Source: Macrostomum hystrix (taxonomy: Eukaryota; Animalia; Platyhelminthes). From it: a stretch of DNA of 64,000 nucleotides. Where the stretch lies: NCBI GenBank assembly GCA_950097015.1, contig CATNEN010000038.1:21390001-21454000 (forward strand), read 5' to 3'. The notes beneath the pieces are model-generated. The model saw only the letters and a program-made list of their open reading frames with translations, had not been told where the DNA came from and searched no databases. Positions 13,000 through 24,580 of this stretch are shown piece after piece. The number at the start of each line of letters is the position of its first letter. Position 1 is the first letter of the stretch. Position numbers and translations under genes: made by a program.

Positions 13000-15752
13000 A
13001 AAGGATGGGAAATGAACAGAATGAGAAATGGACAGGATGAGAAATGGACAGGATGAGAAATGGACAGGATGAGAAATGGACAGGATGAGAAATGGACAGG
13101 ATGAGAAATGGACAGGATGAGAAATGGACAGGATGAGAAATGAACAGGATGAGAAATGGAGAGGATGAGAAACGGAGAGAATGATAAATGGAGAGGATGA
13201 GAAATGGACAGGGTGAGAAATGAACAGGATGAGAAATGGACAGGATGAGAAATGGAGAGGATGAGAAATGGAGAGAATGATAAATGGAGAGGATGAGAAA
13301 TGGACAGGGTGAGAAATGAACAGGATGAGAAATGGAGAGGATGAGAAATGGAGAGGTTGAGAAACGGAGAGAATGATAAATGGAGAGGATGAGAAATGGA
13401 CAGGGTGAGAAATGAACAGGATGAGAAATGGAGAGGATGAGAAATGGAGAGGTTGAGAAACGGAGAGAATGATAAATGGAGAGGATGAGAAATGGACAGG
13501 GTGAGAAATGAACAGGATGAGAAACGGACAGGATGAGAAATGGAGAGGATGAGAAATGGAGAGGATGAGAAACGGAGAGAATGATAAATGGAGAAGATGA
13601 GAAATGGACAGGGTGAGAAATGAACAGGATGAGAAACGGACAGGATGAGAAATGGAGAGGTTGAGAAACGGAGAGAATGATAAATGGAGAGGATGAGAAA
13701 TGGACAGGGTGAGAAATGAACAGGATGAGAAATGGAGAGGATGAGAAATGGAGAGGTTGAGAAACGGAGAGAATGATAAATGGAGAGGATGAGAAATGGA
13801 CAGGGTGAGAAATGGACAGGGTGAGAAATGAACAGGATGAGAAACGGACAGGATGAGAAATGGAGAGGATGAGAAATGGAGAGGATGAGAAACGGAGAGA
13901 ATGATAAATGGAGAGGATGAGAAATGGACAGGGTGAGAAATGAACAGGATGAGAAATGGACAGGATGAGAAATGGAGAGGATGAGAAACGGAGAGAATGA
14001 TAAATGGAGAGGATGAGAAATGGACAGGGTGAGAAATGGACAGGGTGAGAAATGAACAGGATGAGAAACGGACAGGATGAGAAATGGAGAGGATGAGAAA
14101 TGGAGAGGATGAGAAACGGAGAGAATGATAAATGGAGAGGATGAGAAATGGACAGGGTGAGAAATGAACAGGATGAGAAATGGACAGGATGAGAAATGGA
14201 GAGGATGAGAAACGGAGAGAATGATAAATGGAGAGGATGAGAAATGGACAGGGTGAGAAACGAACAGGATGAGAAATGGACAGGATGAGAAATGGACAGG
14301 ATGAGAAATGGAGAGGATGAGAAACGGAGAGAATGATAAATGGAGAGGATGAGAAATGGACAGGGTGAGAAATGAACAGGATGAGAAATGGAGAGGATGA
14401 GAAATGGAGAGGTTGAGAAACGGAGAGAATGATAAATGGAGAGGATGAGAAATGGACAGGGTGAGAAATGAACAGGATGAGAAATGGAGAGGATGAGAAA
14501 TGGAGAGGTTGAGAAACGGAGAGAATGATAAATGGAGAGGATGAGAAATGGACAGGGTGAGAAATGAACAGGATGAGAAATGAACAGGATGAGAAATGGA
14601 GAGGATGAGAAATGGAGAGGATGAGAAACGGAGAGAATGATAAATGGAGAGGATGAGAAATGGACAGGGTGAGAAATGAACAGGATGAGAAACGGACAGG
14701 ATGAGAAATGGAGAGGTTGAGAAACGGAGAGAATGATAAATGGAGAGGATGAGAAATGGACAGGGTGAGAAATGAACAGGATGAGAAACGGACAGGATGA
14801 GAAATGGAGAGGATGAGAAATGGAGAGGTTGAGAAACGGAGAGAATGATAAATGGAGAGGATGAGAAATGGACAGGGTGAGAAATGAACAGGATGAGAAA
14901 TGGAGAGGATGAGAAATGGAGAGAATGATAAATGGAGAGGATGAGAAATGGACAGGGTGAGAAATGGACAGGGTGAGAAATGAACAGGATGAGAAACGGA
15001 CAGGATGAGAAATGGAGAGGATGAGAAATGGAGAGGATGAGAAACGGAGAGAATGATAAATGGAGAGGATGAGAAATGGACAGGGTGAGAAATGAACAGG
15101 ATGAGAAATGGACAGGATGAGAAATGGAGAGGATGAGAAACGGAGAGAATGATAAATGGAGAGGATGAGAAATGGACAGGGTGAGAAACGAACAGGATGA
15201 GAAATGGACAGGATGAGAAATGGACAGGATGAGAAATGGAGAGGATGAGAAACGGAGAGAATGATAAATGGAGAGGATGAGAAATGGACAGGGTGAGAAA
15301 TGAACAGGATGAGAAATGGAGAGGATGAGAAATGGAGAGGTTGAGAAACGGAGAGAATGATAAATGGAGAGGATGAGAAATGGACAGGGTGAGAAATGAA
15401 CAGGATGAGAAATGGAGAGGATGAGAAATGGAGAGGTTGAGAAACGGAGAGAATGATAAATGGAGAGGATGAGAAATGGACAGGGTGAGAAATGAACAGG
15501 ATGAGAAACGGACAGGATGAGAAATGGAGAGGATGAGAAATGGAGAGGATGAGAAACGGAGAGAATGATAAATGGAGAGGATGAGAAATGGACAGGGTGA
15601 GAAATGAACAGGATGAGAAACGGACAGGATGAGAAATGGAGAGGTTGAGAAACGGAGAGAATGATAAATGGAGAGGATGAGAAATGGACAGGGTGAGAAA
15701 TGAACAGGATGAGAAACGGACAGGATGAGAAATGGAGAGGATGAGAAATGAG
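13000..15752. repeat. 16-bp purine-rich minisatellite (ggatgagaaatggaca), 2.7 kb, with higher-order structure
   Basis: Direct inspection; source of the spurious 971-aa ORF. Confidence 0.97.
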
Positions 15753-16871
15753 TTGAAGGAGGAATGTGAGAGTATGTGTAGAGGAGAAGGATTAGATGTG
15801 TAGGGATTAGTGTTAGGGTAAGTGTTAGGCAAGAGGATAATTAAGTAGGGGAACACAAAACAGCGATAGTAATGAACCGATAAGATAAATTGTATCTATA
15901 ATTCTGTTGAACGCCTAGTAGACCTTTTACTGAATTAGCTAACCGTTTCATTTTTCTATTGATCAGTTTGCTGTTTTATAGTTTTATTCCCACTGAGGAC
16001 TAGCTAAGGAGACTATATAATCTAGCGGGATATTTTTCTAAGCTGAAAAAACTGAAATTCATGTAAATAATCTTACGAATAAAGAGTTGGCTGCTCAAAA
16101 CACGCTTGAGCTCACGTTTTCGTTCAGTCTAAAGCGTGTCCACTGAACCTCCCCACTCGCAGAATTTTTGCATACGAAGGCTTGCTGTGGAGTTGATAGC
16201 TAGTTTTCTATAATAGTCGTTGCGGCACACGTGCCTCGGTAGCCCCAGACGATTCCAAGCCACGGGTCCACCCTATAGCCACTCCACATTATGCTTAGTT
16301 GAAGCTTGAATTGAAGATTTTTGCATGAAAAGAAAATAAAAATATCAGAAGAATAGAGACGGTTGAAAAGATGGGTGGGTAGTCATTTTTAAGACACGTG
16401 CACGCGGTATATAGCTGCAGCAGCAGCAGCAGCAGCAGCAGCAGCACAATGAGCCTGTAGTCAAAGGCAACGCGCAACCATTCGGTCTCTTCAGCAACAG
16501 AGCCCATGCAGAAGAAAATAATTAGAGATGGCAGCAATTTAAATATTGGCCACACTTCTGCTTGGACAATATAGCCTACAATAGATCGGCAGCCACAGCA
16601 ATTTGAATTTGTATGGAAGACTCAATAGACTGCAAAGCCATGAGCTTTTCAACCTCCCCTACCGGCACAATGGGCAGCGGTGGAGTTTGAGTCGGGGTGG
16701 ATGAGTTCGGTGGCGCGATGGACTCAAACAGTAGAGCCAGTTGAGAGGCTTTAGCACGCGAATAACCGACACGTGCGGAGGGAGCGAAAACAGATTCCGA
16801 AGAACACGAGCTGCCCTCCGTTGCATCTCAGGTGCGACACCCACCCCTCCGCGCCAGCCTCACCCAGAGAG

Positions 16872-16878
16872 CATAAAA
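16872..16878 (+). promoter_or_regulatory. TATA-like box (CATAAAA) of the acidic secreted protein gene
   Basis: About 120 nt upstream of ATG 16995 and about 30 nt upstream of a pyrimidine-rich Inr-like stretch, with GC-rich sequence further upstream. Confidence 0.45.
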
Positions 16879-16994
16879 GCGGCTGCAGCTAAGCGCCGCA
16901 TTTTCTTCTTCATCAACTAAACTCGTCTGAGACTCAGCGAATTACTCAAATAAATAGACTCGGAGCTTCTAGCGACTCGCCAGCCAGCTTAGCC

Positions 16995-17453
16995 ATGAAA
17001 CTGCAGCTTGTCCTGATCGCCGTCTTCGGCTTCCTCATCGCCGGCGCCCTGGCCACCGAGCAGGCCGCCCCGGCCGCCGAGGCCGCCGTCGAGCAGCCCG
17101 CCGCCGTTGAGGCCAAGGCCGAGGAGGAGCCGGCCGATGAGGCCGCCGCCGAGGAGCAGGAGGAGGAGCCGGCCGCCGACGATGACAACGCCGACGCTGC
17201 CGACGAAGACGACGAGGTCGCCGCCGACGACGACGAGGAGGGCGTCGCCGATGATGAAGCCGCCGACGAGGAGGAGGAGGCCACCGAGGAGCCCGAGGAG
17301 ACCGAGGACGGCGTCGACTCCGTCGAGGAGCTTGACGACGAGCCAGCCGAGGATGCCGAGTACGAGCTGCCCGCCGAGGAGGAGGCCGACGCCCCCGCCG
17401 CCGAGGCCCCGGCCGCCGTTGAGGCTCCGGCTGCCGAGGAGCAGAAGAAGTGA
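16995..17453 (+). CDS. Secreted, hyper-acidic Ala/Glu/Asp-rich protein (152 aa, intronless)
   Basis: Kozak-like gccATG; signal peptide MKLQLVLIAVFGFLIAGALA; 60 of 132 mature residues are D/E; very strong GC3 bias (GCC/GAG/GAC); AATAAA at 17723. Confidence 0.88.
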   Translation: MKLQLVLIAVFGFLIAGALATEQAAPAAEAAVEQPAAVEAKAEEEPADEAAAEEQEEEPAADDDNADAADEDDEVAADDDEEGVADDEAADEEEEATEEPEETEDGVDSVEELDDEPAEDAEYELPAEEEADAPAAEAPAAVEAPAAEEQKK

Positions 17454-18411
17454 AGAAGCTCCAAGCTCTTCGCTGATTTCTTCTTCCCCAGTTGAACTGA
17501 ATACCGTACTGGATTCCCAGCAGTAAATACGTATCTTTAGTGAGATCGATAATCAATTGAAAGTCCCCAACAAAGTTGATCCCCCACGCCCTGTCAATTG
17601 CCAAAACTCGACAAGTGAGAAACTAGCCGAGTCTGTGGCTGCTGCCCCCCTCATTTTAGCAAGTCTTCCTTTTAATAGCAGTAGATCAAATCAAATCAAA
17701 TCAACCACCAAAATTGGTGCCAAATAAATTCTATAATTTTTACCAGTATTTTACATACTGTCAAGAAATGTTCAGAAATTTTCTGGCTTTAATTTACATT
17801 AACTTTGGCGTTGTCTTATTAGTATTCAATTTAGTGATAATTTATTTATTTACTATCGAGAAATATTAAACTTACTTTTTAAAACACAATGTTTATTTGA
17901 AAATATGAGTCATGTTTACGGGCACAGAATGGCTATTGTGACCTAGCGGAGACACGTATGCTATAACACTGTTTAATTAATAATATCAACGATATCCTTT
18001 CAAGCTACTCGTAGTAGGTCTCTAACGGATCAGTCGGCTAAAAATAAGCAACGTATTTTCATGTAATAAAATTAAGAAGCATATGAAATCTCATTGCGTG
18101 GAATAAGGTATTATTTATAACTTAGGCCTCAATCTATTATATACTTAATTTTTGCGTAACAATTACAAACTTAATTTTTTCGCCCATTAACTAACCAGGG
18201 TCGATTGACCTGATGTGAAATCATACACAAGAAGTTAAAACTTAGTTAATAGTTAATCAATCAGTAATTTTTCATTGATTTGATTTGACAAATAACATTA
18301 TTTTACATTAATCAAATTGGGAAAGTCAAAAAAGTAAAGCAAATTAATTTAATCAAATACGTTAGTTAAGTTTGCTTGATTACTAATTCTTTACATCGAA
18401 CTCATAACTCT

Positions 18412-18705
18412 TGGATTCTAGCTGCCACTCTTGCTGCGATTCCATCTGCCACTCTTGCTGCGATTCCAGCTGCCACTCTTGCTGCGATTCCAGCTGCCAC
18501 TCTTGCTGCGATTCCAGCTGCCACTCTTGCTGCGATTCCAGCTGCCACTCTTGCTGCGATTCCATCTGCCACTCTTGCTGCGATTCTAGATGTGACTTTT
18601 GCTGCGATTCTAGATGTGACTTTTGCTTCGATTCTGGCTGCCACTCTTCCTAGCTGCGATTCTAGCTGTAATTCTTGCTGCGATTCCAGCTGCCACTCTT
18701 GCTAG
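18412..18705. repeat. 24-bp minisatellite (gctgccactcttgctgcgattcca)
   Basis: Direct inspection. Confidence 0.93.
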
Positions 18706-19428
18706 CTACCACTGTTGCTATTATAGGTTTTTCCGGTCAAGTAGCAGACTAAGTATCCTACTCGAGTGCAAATAACGCAGTTCAAGTGCGACATATTCAA
18801 GTCAAGTGGCAACAAGCCGAATCAAGTTACAAATTGTCTATTCAGAGTTACCAAAAGAGCAAGTCAAGTGCAACATAGTCAATTCAAGAAGCAACTCATT
18901 CGTTTCTATGTGCATTTCAAATGAATTCTCGCAATTCTCGCTCAAATGATTCTATCAGTCGCTGCTTGTCCCCAGCGGGTATTCTGGCTCGTGCGGCAGC
19001 CATTTGCTGTTGAGTTGGCTTTGTCGCATTTGGTTTGGCCTTTTCTCTCTGTCGTCGTCATTGCGCAACAGTGGGGGTATATAGAGAAGCGCTCTGATTG
19101 GCTAATTTGCACTTGAACTGGCGTTTGCACTTGACTTGGCTATTTTGGCAGATAAACTGACTTTCATGCACTTGAGATTACTATGTGGACGAAGAGATTT
19201 AAATATCGATTGCAACACGATTACGTCATCTGTCGCACCTGAAATTTCAAAAGCCAAATTTTCGCACGTCAATATTGCACGTGGACACTTTTTAAGTTTT
19301 TACTTGCAGGTGTAGATGATAGATTATGCATAGACTATACTGGATTGCTATATATATACAGCTACAGCTCAGACAGTTGGTCTAAGTAGCATTTCACCAA
19401 GCATAGAATAATAGAAGCTGCAGTTGCA

Positions 19429-21649
19429 ATGCAATACCATGCTGGAGAGTCACTGGCGCCGAACTTCACGCAAGTGTTAACTGCCCACGGCTCTTTCGCA
19501 TTCAGTCTCTATGGCGCCTTTGCTCAGGCCAACTCAGGTGAGCCAATGCGGCTGATAGTTACCTTCAGATTCATGCATATCTTCAATAATGTAACCTGTT
19601 TTTTTACTCTGATAAAGAACCTTCTTCTCATTGGTCTCACAGAGAGATTGCCAGACGCTTTTTATAAAAATAGCCTTATATGTGGGGTTCTCTCGTACAC
19701 GTCAGATGCTATTTTTAGCAACAGACTCTCTTATCCGCCGTTTCTCTGACGTCAGTGTCTAATTTTAGAACGGCACGTAATTTACTTTCTGTCTCTCTTT
19801 GCCCAATCAAGCTTTAGAGGGGCAAAGCGGTTAACGCGTTTGCCTCTCGCACCATGGTCCATGAGCTCGATTTCACGGCGAGGCCAGCAAGGCTTTGGGG
19901 GTGGGTCCTGCAAAGAGGGCTAACCTCCAAGGCACAGTGAAGTGTACACTGCCTGAAGATGAGAAAGTCAGGGCAGATGTAACTCCTGTGTGAGTGTGTA
20001 CCTGCGTACAGTATCTGTGGCGTGTAAGCTCTGGGGTCAGCGAAATGGGCATAATTTCCTCCTCGCTGGTTGCGGGTTCAGTGTCACCAAACGATTTGCC
20101 ATTGCCCGCAGCCCACCTGCAATTAAAATTATTATCAAGCTTCCGATGCAGATTGAAGCAGTTTAAAGTAGGCTGACAGCCATGAAACATTGCACTGCCA
20201 CCAAACCAACTCACCATCTTGCAGGCAAGAACATCCTGTTCTCGCCCCTCTCGATCTTCGCCGCGCTGAGCATGGTCCTGCCGGGCGCCCAGAAGGAGAC
20301 TCTGCAGCAGCTGCTGTCCGCCATGCACCTGATTCGCGATTCTGGCCAGATGCCGCTGAGTCCGGCTGTGCTCAACCAGTTGGAGTCGGCGCTAGGCAGG
20401 ATGCTGGCCACCGCTGTTCCGACTGGCGACGGCGGCGGGGAGTCCGGCCTCCTGTCCGCCAACCGGGCCTTCATTCAGGCCAGGCTGGAGGTGCGGCCGG
20501 CCTTCCTGGCTGCGCTGAGGGACCACTTTAACACAACTGTGCTCACGGTGAGTGACAAAACAAGTTTCTTTAAGCGCACAGGAGAATCTTTTTGGCCCTA
20601 GAGTGTGAAATTCTATCCATTGACTGTTAAAAACTTTTTTTACCAGGCTAACTTCATTGGCACTCCGGCATCCGAGCTCGTTCGCATCAACAAATGGGTA
20701 GCAACAGTCACCAAGGATAAAATCAAGGACCTGCTGCAACCAGGTTCTATCACTGTGGACACTCGGCTGGTCCTGGTGAATGCTCTGTACTTTAAAGGTG
20801 ATTCACTATGAAATGATAGTCTTGCATTGGAATTCAGACTTGGTTTCAGATTCTTTGATTTCATTGAAATTTTAACTTGTGTTTGATCCGCAGCCAAATG
20901 GGCAGCGCCATTCAACCCGAAATTCACAATGGACGCCCCGTTCGAGTTGAGCGCCTCGGAAGCTCAGATCATCGTGCCGATGATGCGCATCAAAGGTAGC
21001 TTCCGCATGGTCTCCATTCCGGATGTGCTCACCGGCGTACGCTTCGACTTCAACGACACCGGCTCCCAGCGGATGTCCATGCTGGCGGTGCTGCCGGAGC
21101 AGAGACATGGTCTTGACGCACTGCTGGATGAAATGTCCGAGGCCGACTGGAACCAGCTGGTCAACAGCCCGGGCGAGCTGATGAAAGATGTGAAGATCGA
21201 TTTGCCAAAGGTCAGCTCTTTATTTGTAGTGAGATGTCTAACGGAGTTTTCAATCTCAGTTCGGAGTTTCTAACGAACCGATCAATCAAACCCGATTCCA
21301 GGTGAAACTGACCGGTCAGGCAGAACTCTCCAACCACTCCTACCTGCCCATGCTGGGCGTCACAAAGATGTTCGACCCGAAGGAGGCCGATCTCGGCGGT
21401 ATGGCCCTGAACTCCGGGAACCTGTTCGTCAGTAGCTTCGCTCACCAGTCGGCGCTGCAGTGGGATGAGTTCGGCGCTGAAGGAGTCGCCGCCTCCGCCG
21501 CAGTTGTTGATAGAGAGAGCGGATCTTTGTTCGACCTGGTGTTCGACCAACCGTTTTTAATCATTGTTACCACTGAGGTTCGGGATAGAGACGGCAAACC
21601 TAATCAGGTGCCTGTTTTCATTGGCCGCCTGTCCGACCCCAGGCTGTGA
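19429..21649 (+). CDS. Serpin (serine protease inhibitor) paralog 1, 5 exons, no signal peptide
   Basis: Exons 19429-19537, 20225-20547, 20647-20797, 20894-21210, 21302-21649 are phase-consistent. Motifs [17 protein letters not shown]…[27 protein letters not shown], hinge [19 protein letters not shown]. Confidence 0.93.
19817..20124 (+). mobile_element. tRNA-derived SINE family A in serpin-1 intron 1
   Basis: Head gcggttaacgcgtttgcctctcgcacc…gagctcgattt plus the body shared with five other copies. Confidence 0.88.
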
Positions 21650-22028
21650 GGTAACAGCCTGTTTAGCTTTGCTTATAAAGGTCAAAGATTTTGTCCTCGG
21701 ACTCCTAGATAATGCGATTGTTAACCCAAACAATCTAATTTTTAAGCAAATTGTGTTTTATTCAACGTTTTATTCACAATATCATTAGCTTTACTGTCAG
21801 ATTCAATAATATTCTGTTATAACTCATATTAAAAGTTTTTATCCCAATAACAAATTACATTTTAATAAATCGCAATCGTTTTAAAATCTATAATTCGCAT
21901 TAAAACGAATTTATATCCTAATTAATTTGGCTAAGTTGTGTCCACGTATCCTGAAGCCTTGGAAAATATTTTTTTATTTCAAAAGATGAACTTACGTCGA
22001 TAAGTTTGATGTAATATATACAACAATA

Positions 22029-22351
22029 GTTACGGGAGGGCTGCAGGAAATGGCACATAACTTGGTGAGACTAGACCTGCAGCCAGCGAGTAGGCACTTC
22101 TGCGCATTTCGCTGACTCCTGAGCTCACAACGCACACAGATACCGCGGTATACGCAGGCACAGACTCACACGGGCGTGTACATCTGCCCTAACTTTCTCA
22201 TCTTCAGGCATTGTCCACTGATCACTCTGCCTTGGAGTTTGCCCCTAAAGGGCGTTAAATGTATGACAAGCCCCCAAGCCTTCTCTCTCTCGAGCTAATT
22301 AGGAACATTGGTGCGAGAGGCAAACGCGCAAATCGTTCAGCCACTTACCCC
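22029..22351 (-). mobile_element. tRNA-derived SINE family A, near full length
   Basis: Reverse complement of head (ggtgcgagaggcaaacgcg) and body. Confidence 0.87.
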
Positions 22352-24580
22352 CTAAGATTAATAGTTTTTGAGCATGCTAATGTTTTCTTGCTACGATTCT
22401 GGCAACCACTTTTTCTTTTACTCCAGCTGCCACTCTTGCTGGAGTCCGGCCGATTCTTGTCACTGTTGATAGAGAGCTGGCCGGAAACATATCGCGGCTA
22501 TATTGTCGTTGGTGACTGTATAGCTATCTCTGCTTGTTCCTTCTGGTGCACTCCAAATCGGCATAATTCAATTCAACATGTAAAAGTGCTTAGGGTAGTA
22601 ATTCTGAGTGAAATAGTAAAGTTATGGTTTTAGATGCTGCTGTATTAAAATACTGAACACTTAAGCCACGTGTCTTTCAGTACTGTAAAATCTGTCGCAG
22701 GAAAAGTTGTTGCGTCGATTAAAAGAGAAAAATATTATGCGATATGCGAGTAAAAATTTCCTTATTGAAAATTTGTAAAATGAAAAAAAGTTGTCAATTC
22801 CATAACAATACGTTACCATTCCTATGACATTACGTTTATCGTTTCGCGCGACTTCAAACTTAAAAGCTTCCGAGAAGCGAGTTCACAATGCACTATCATA
22901 TTCGTTGAAAAAAACCTAACAATAAAAATAAAATATTTAAAATAAAAAAGCGGAAACAACATAAAAGTGTGTTTTTAACATAATTACTACTACGGACTAT
23001 CTACTATACAAATATATTAATTGACAAAACATAAAAACGCCCATAGTTCTGCTTTGCCTTTTTCACAGAGGTCGGGACTCGGGACATATAGTCTAAATAA
23101 GTGTGTTCAAAATCATACATTTAATTTTGTGTATGATTTGTGCATGTGTTGATACATTTTATATTTGTTATGTAGGAAAATATACATTTCAATTTTTTAT
23201 TTCTTACAAGTAGCTAGCCTACTTGCTAAATGAAGAACATGGAATAAAATATTAAAACAGCATTAATTAGTATTAGGCCCTATCTTTATTTTTGAAGTAC
23301 CTTTTTGTATTTTCGTGTATAGGCCTACTTATACTTATAAAGTGAAACAATGAATTATGGGTTTCTAAATCCAAGCTAAGCTATTAGGGTCTATGCAGTT
23401 ACCAGTTTTTGTGTTGATATAATAAATAATAATAAAATACTGATAGCTTGCAGGTTAAGCAATTATTCTATGATTCCTAAAAATATTGGTTTTTATGATT
23501 TATAATAATTGCTAGCTATAGACATACTAGCTTTCACTTTTAATTTGCCTAGGCCTATTAATGTCAAATTTGACAAAATTTACAAAAGAATTTCTAAACA
23601 CATGCTTGTCAAAACACTGACTGATTTCAACATTTGAATAACCTTTATGTTAATTTAAACAGATTTTTATTGCTAATCATTCTTAAGGAGTACATTGAAT
23701 ATATCTAGATTCATAATAATCTACAGAGTATTTTGTTAAACCTAGGCATTTGCTACATACCGAATTTTTTTGAAGATGCAATATCATGCCTAAACAATGA
23801 CCTAAGCTATATAATTGTCTTAAACATGTGTTGTAGGGCTCTTATATTTTTATCTTGCCCTACAGTGATTAGATTCTTAATAGTTAATTTATTATTTATT
23901 CTTATAAATTTTCACACAATATGAGCTTTTAACTTTTAATAGCTCAGTGTATTGAGTTTGAATTTAGTAGCATTTTTATATAATGACCACGTTTATAGTT
24001 ACTATTTAATATAATTCATAAGATTATATATTTATTGTCAAGCTGATTAGGCTAATCTGGTTTGTAATATTTAATCCGCTTTTAAGGCATTACCAATGAT
24101 CTAAGGATTACAGCTTTTCTTCTATATCTTTCTTCATATGAAATGAATAACTTCTAGGAAACTCCTTTATGAATATTTAGTTTTGAACACACTTATTTGA
24201 ACCTTAGGTCTTTTACAATGTTTTCACATTCGACAAGGTTGCTCTTCCTTCGGTTCTTTCCTGTGAATTTATAGGCTGACCACTACCCTGCTATTATAAG
24301 AAACAAATTTATATTTTGGTGCATTAAAACAAATATTTTTCGGAAACATCAAAACAAATTTAGTTTCTAGGAAAATGCTAAATGTTTAATGCAAGATACA
24401 ATTGCTAATTTCATACTTATTTTTGCCCTATGACACATGTAAAATAAGTGATGACATTTTTGCTTTTGTTTAAAATAATAACTATGACAAGAAGCCCATT
24501 CTTTTATATTATTTTATATCTATATAATATATGCATATAGCTGCTTCAATGGATAAAATTCCAGACTTTCTAAACCAAAA

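Noticed and set aside
12941-15856. 971-aa hydrophobic ORF
   Set aside because: Translation of a 16-bp pyrimidine-rich satellite strand, with no ATG start or coding signature.
16295-16555. 86-aa ORF with poly-Leu
   Set aside because: Non-ATG start; the poly-Leu comes from a (CAG)n microsatellite; no other support.
16946-17604. Antisense and alternative-frame ORFs over the acidic protein
   Set aside because: Shadows of GC-rich codon bias; only 16995-17453 has a Kozak ATG, signal peptide and poly(A) signal.
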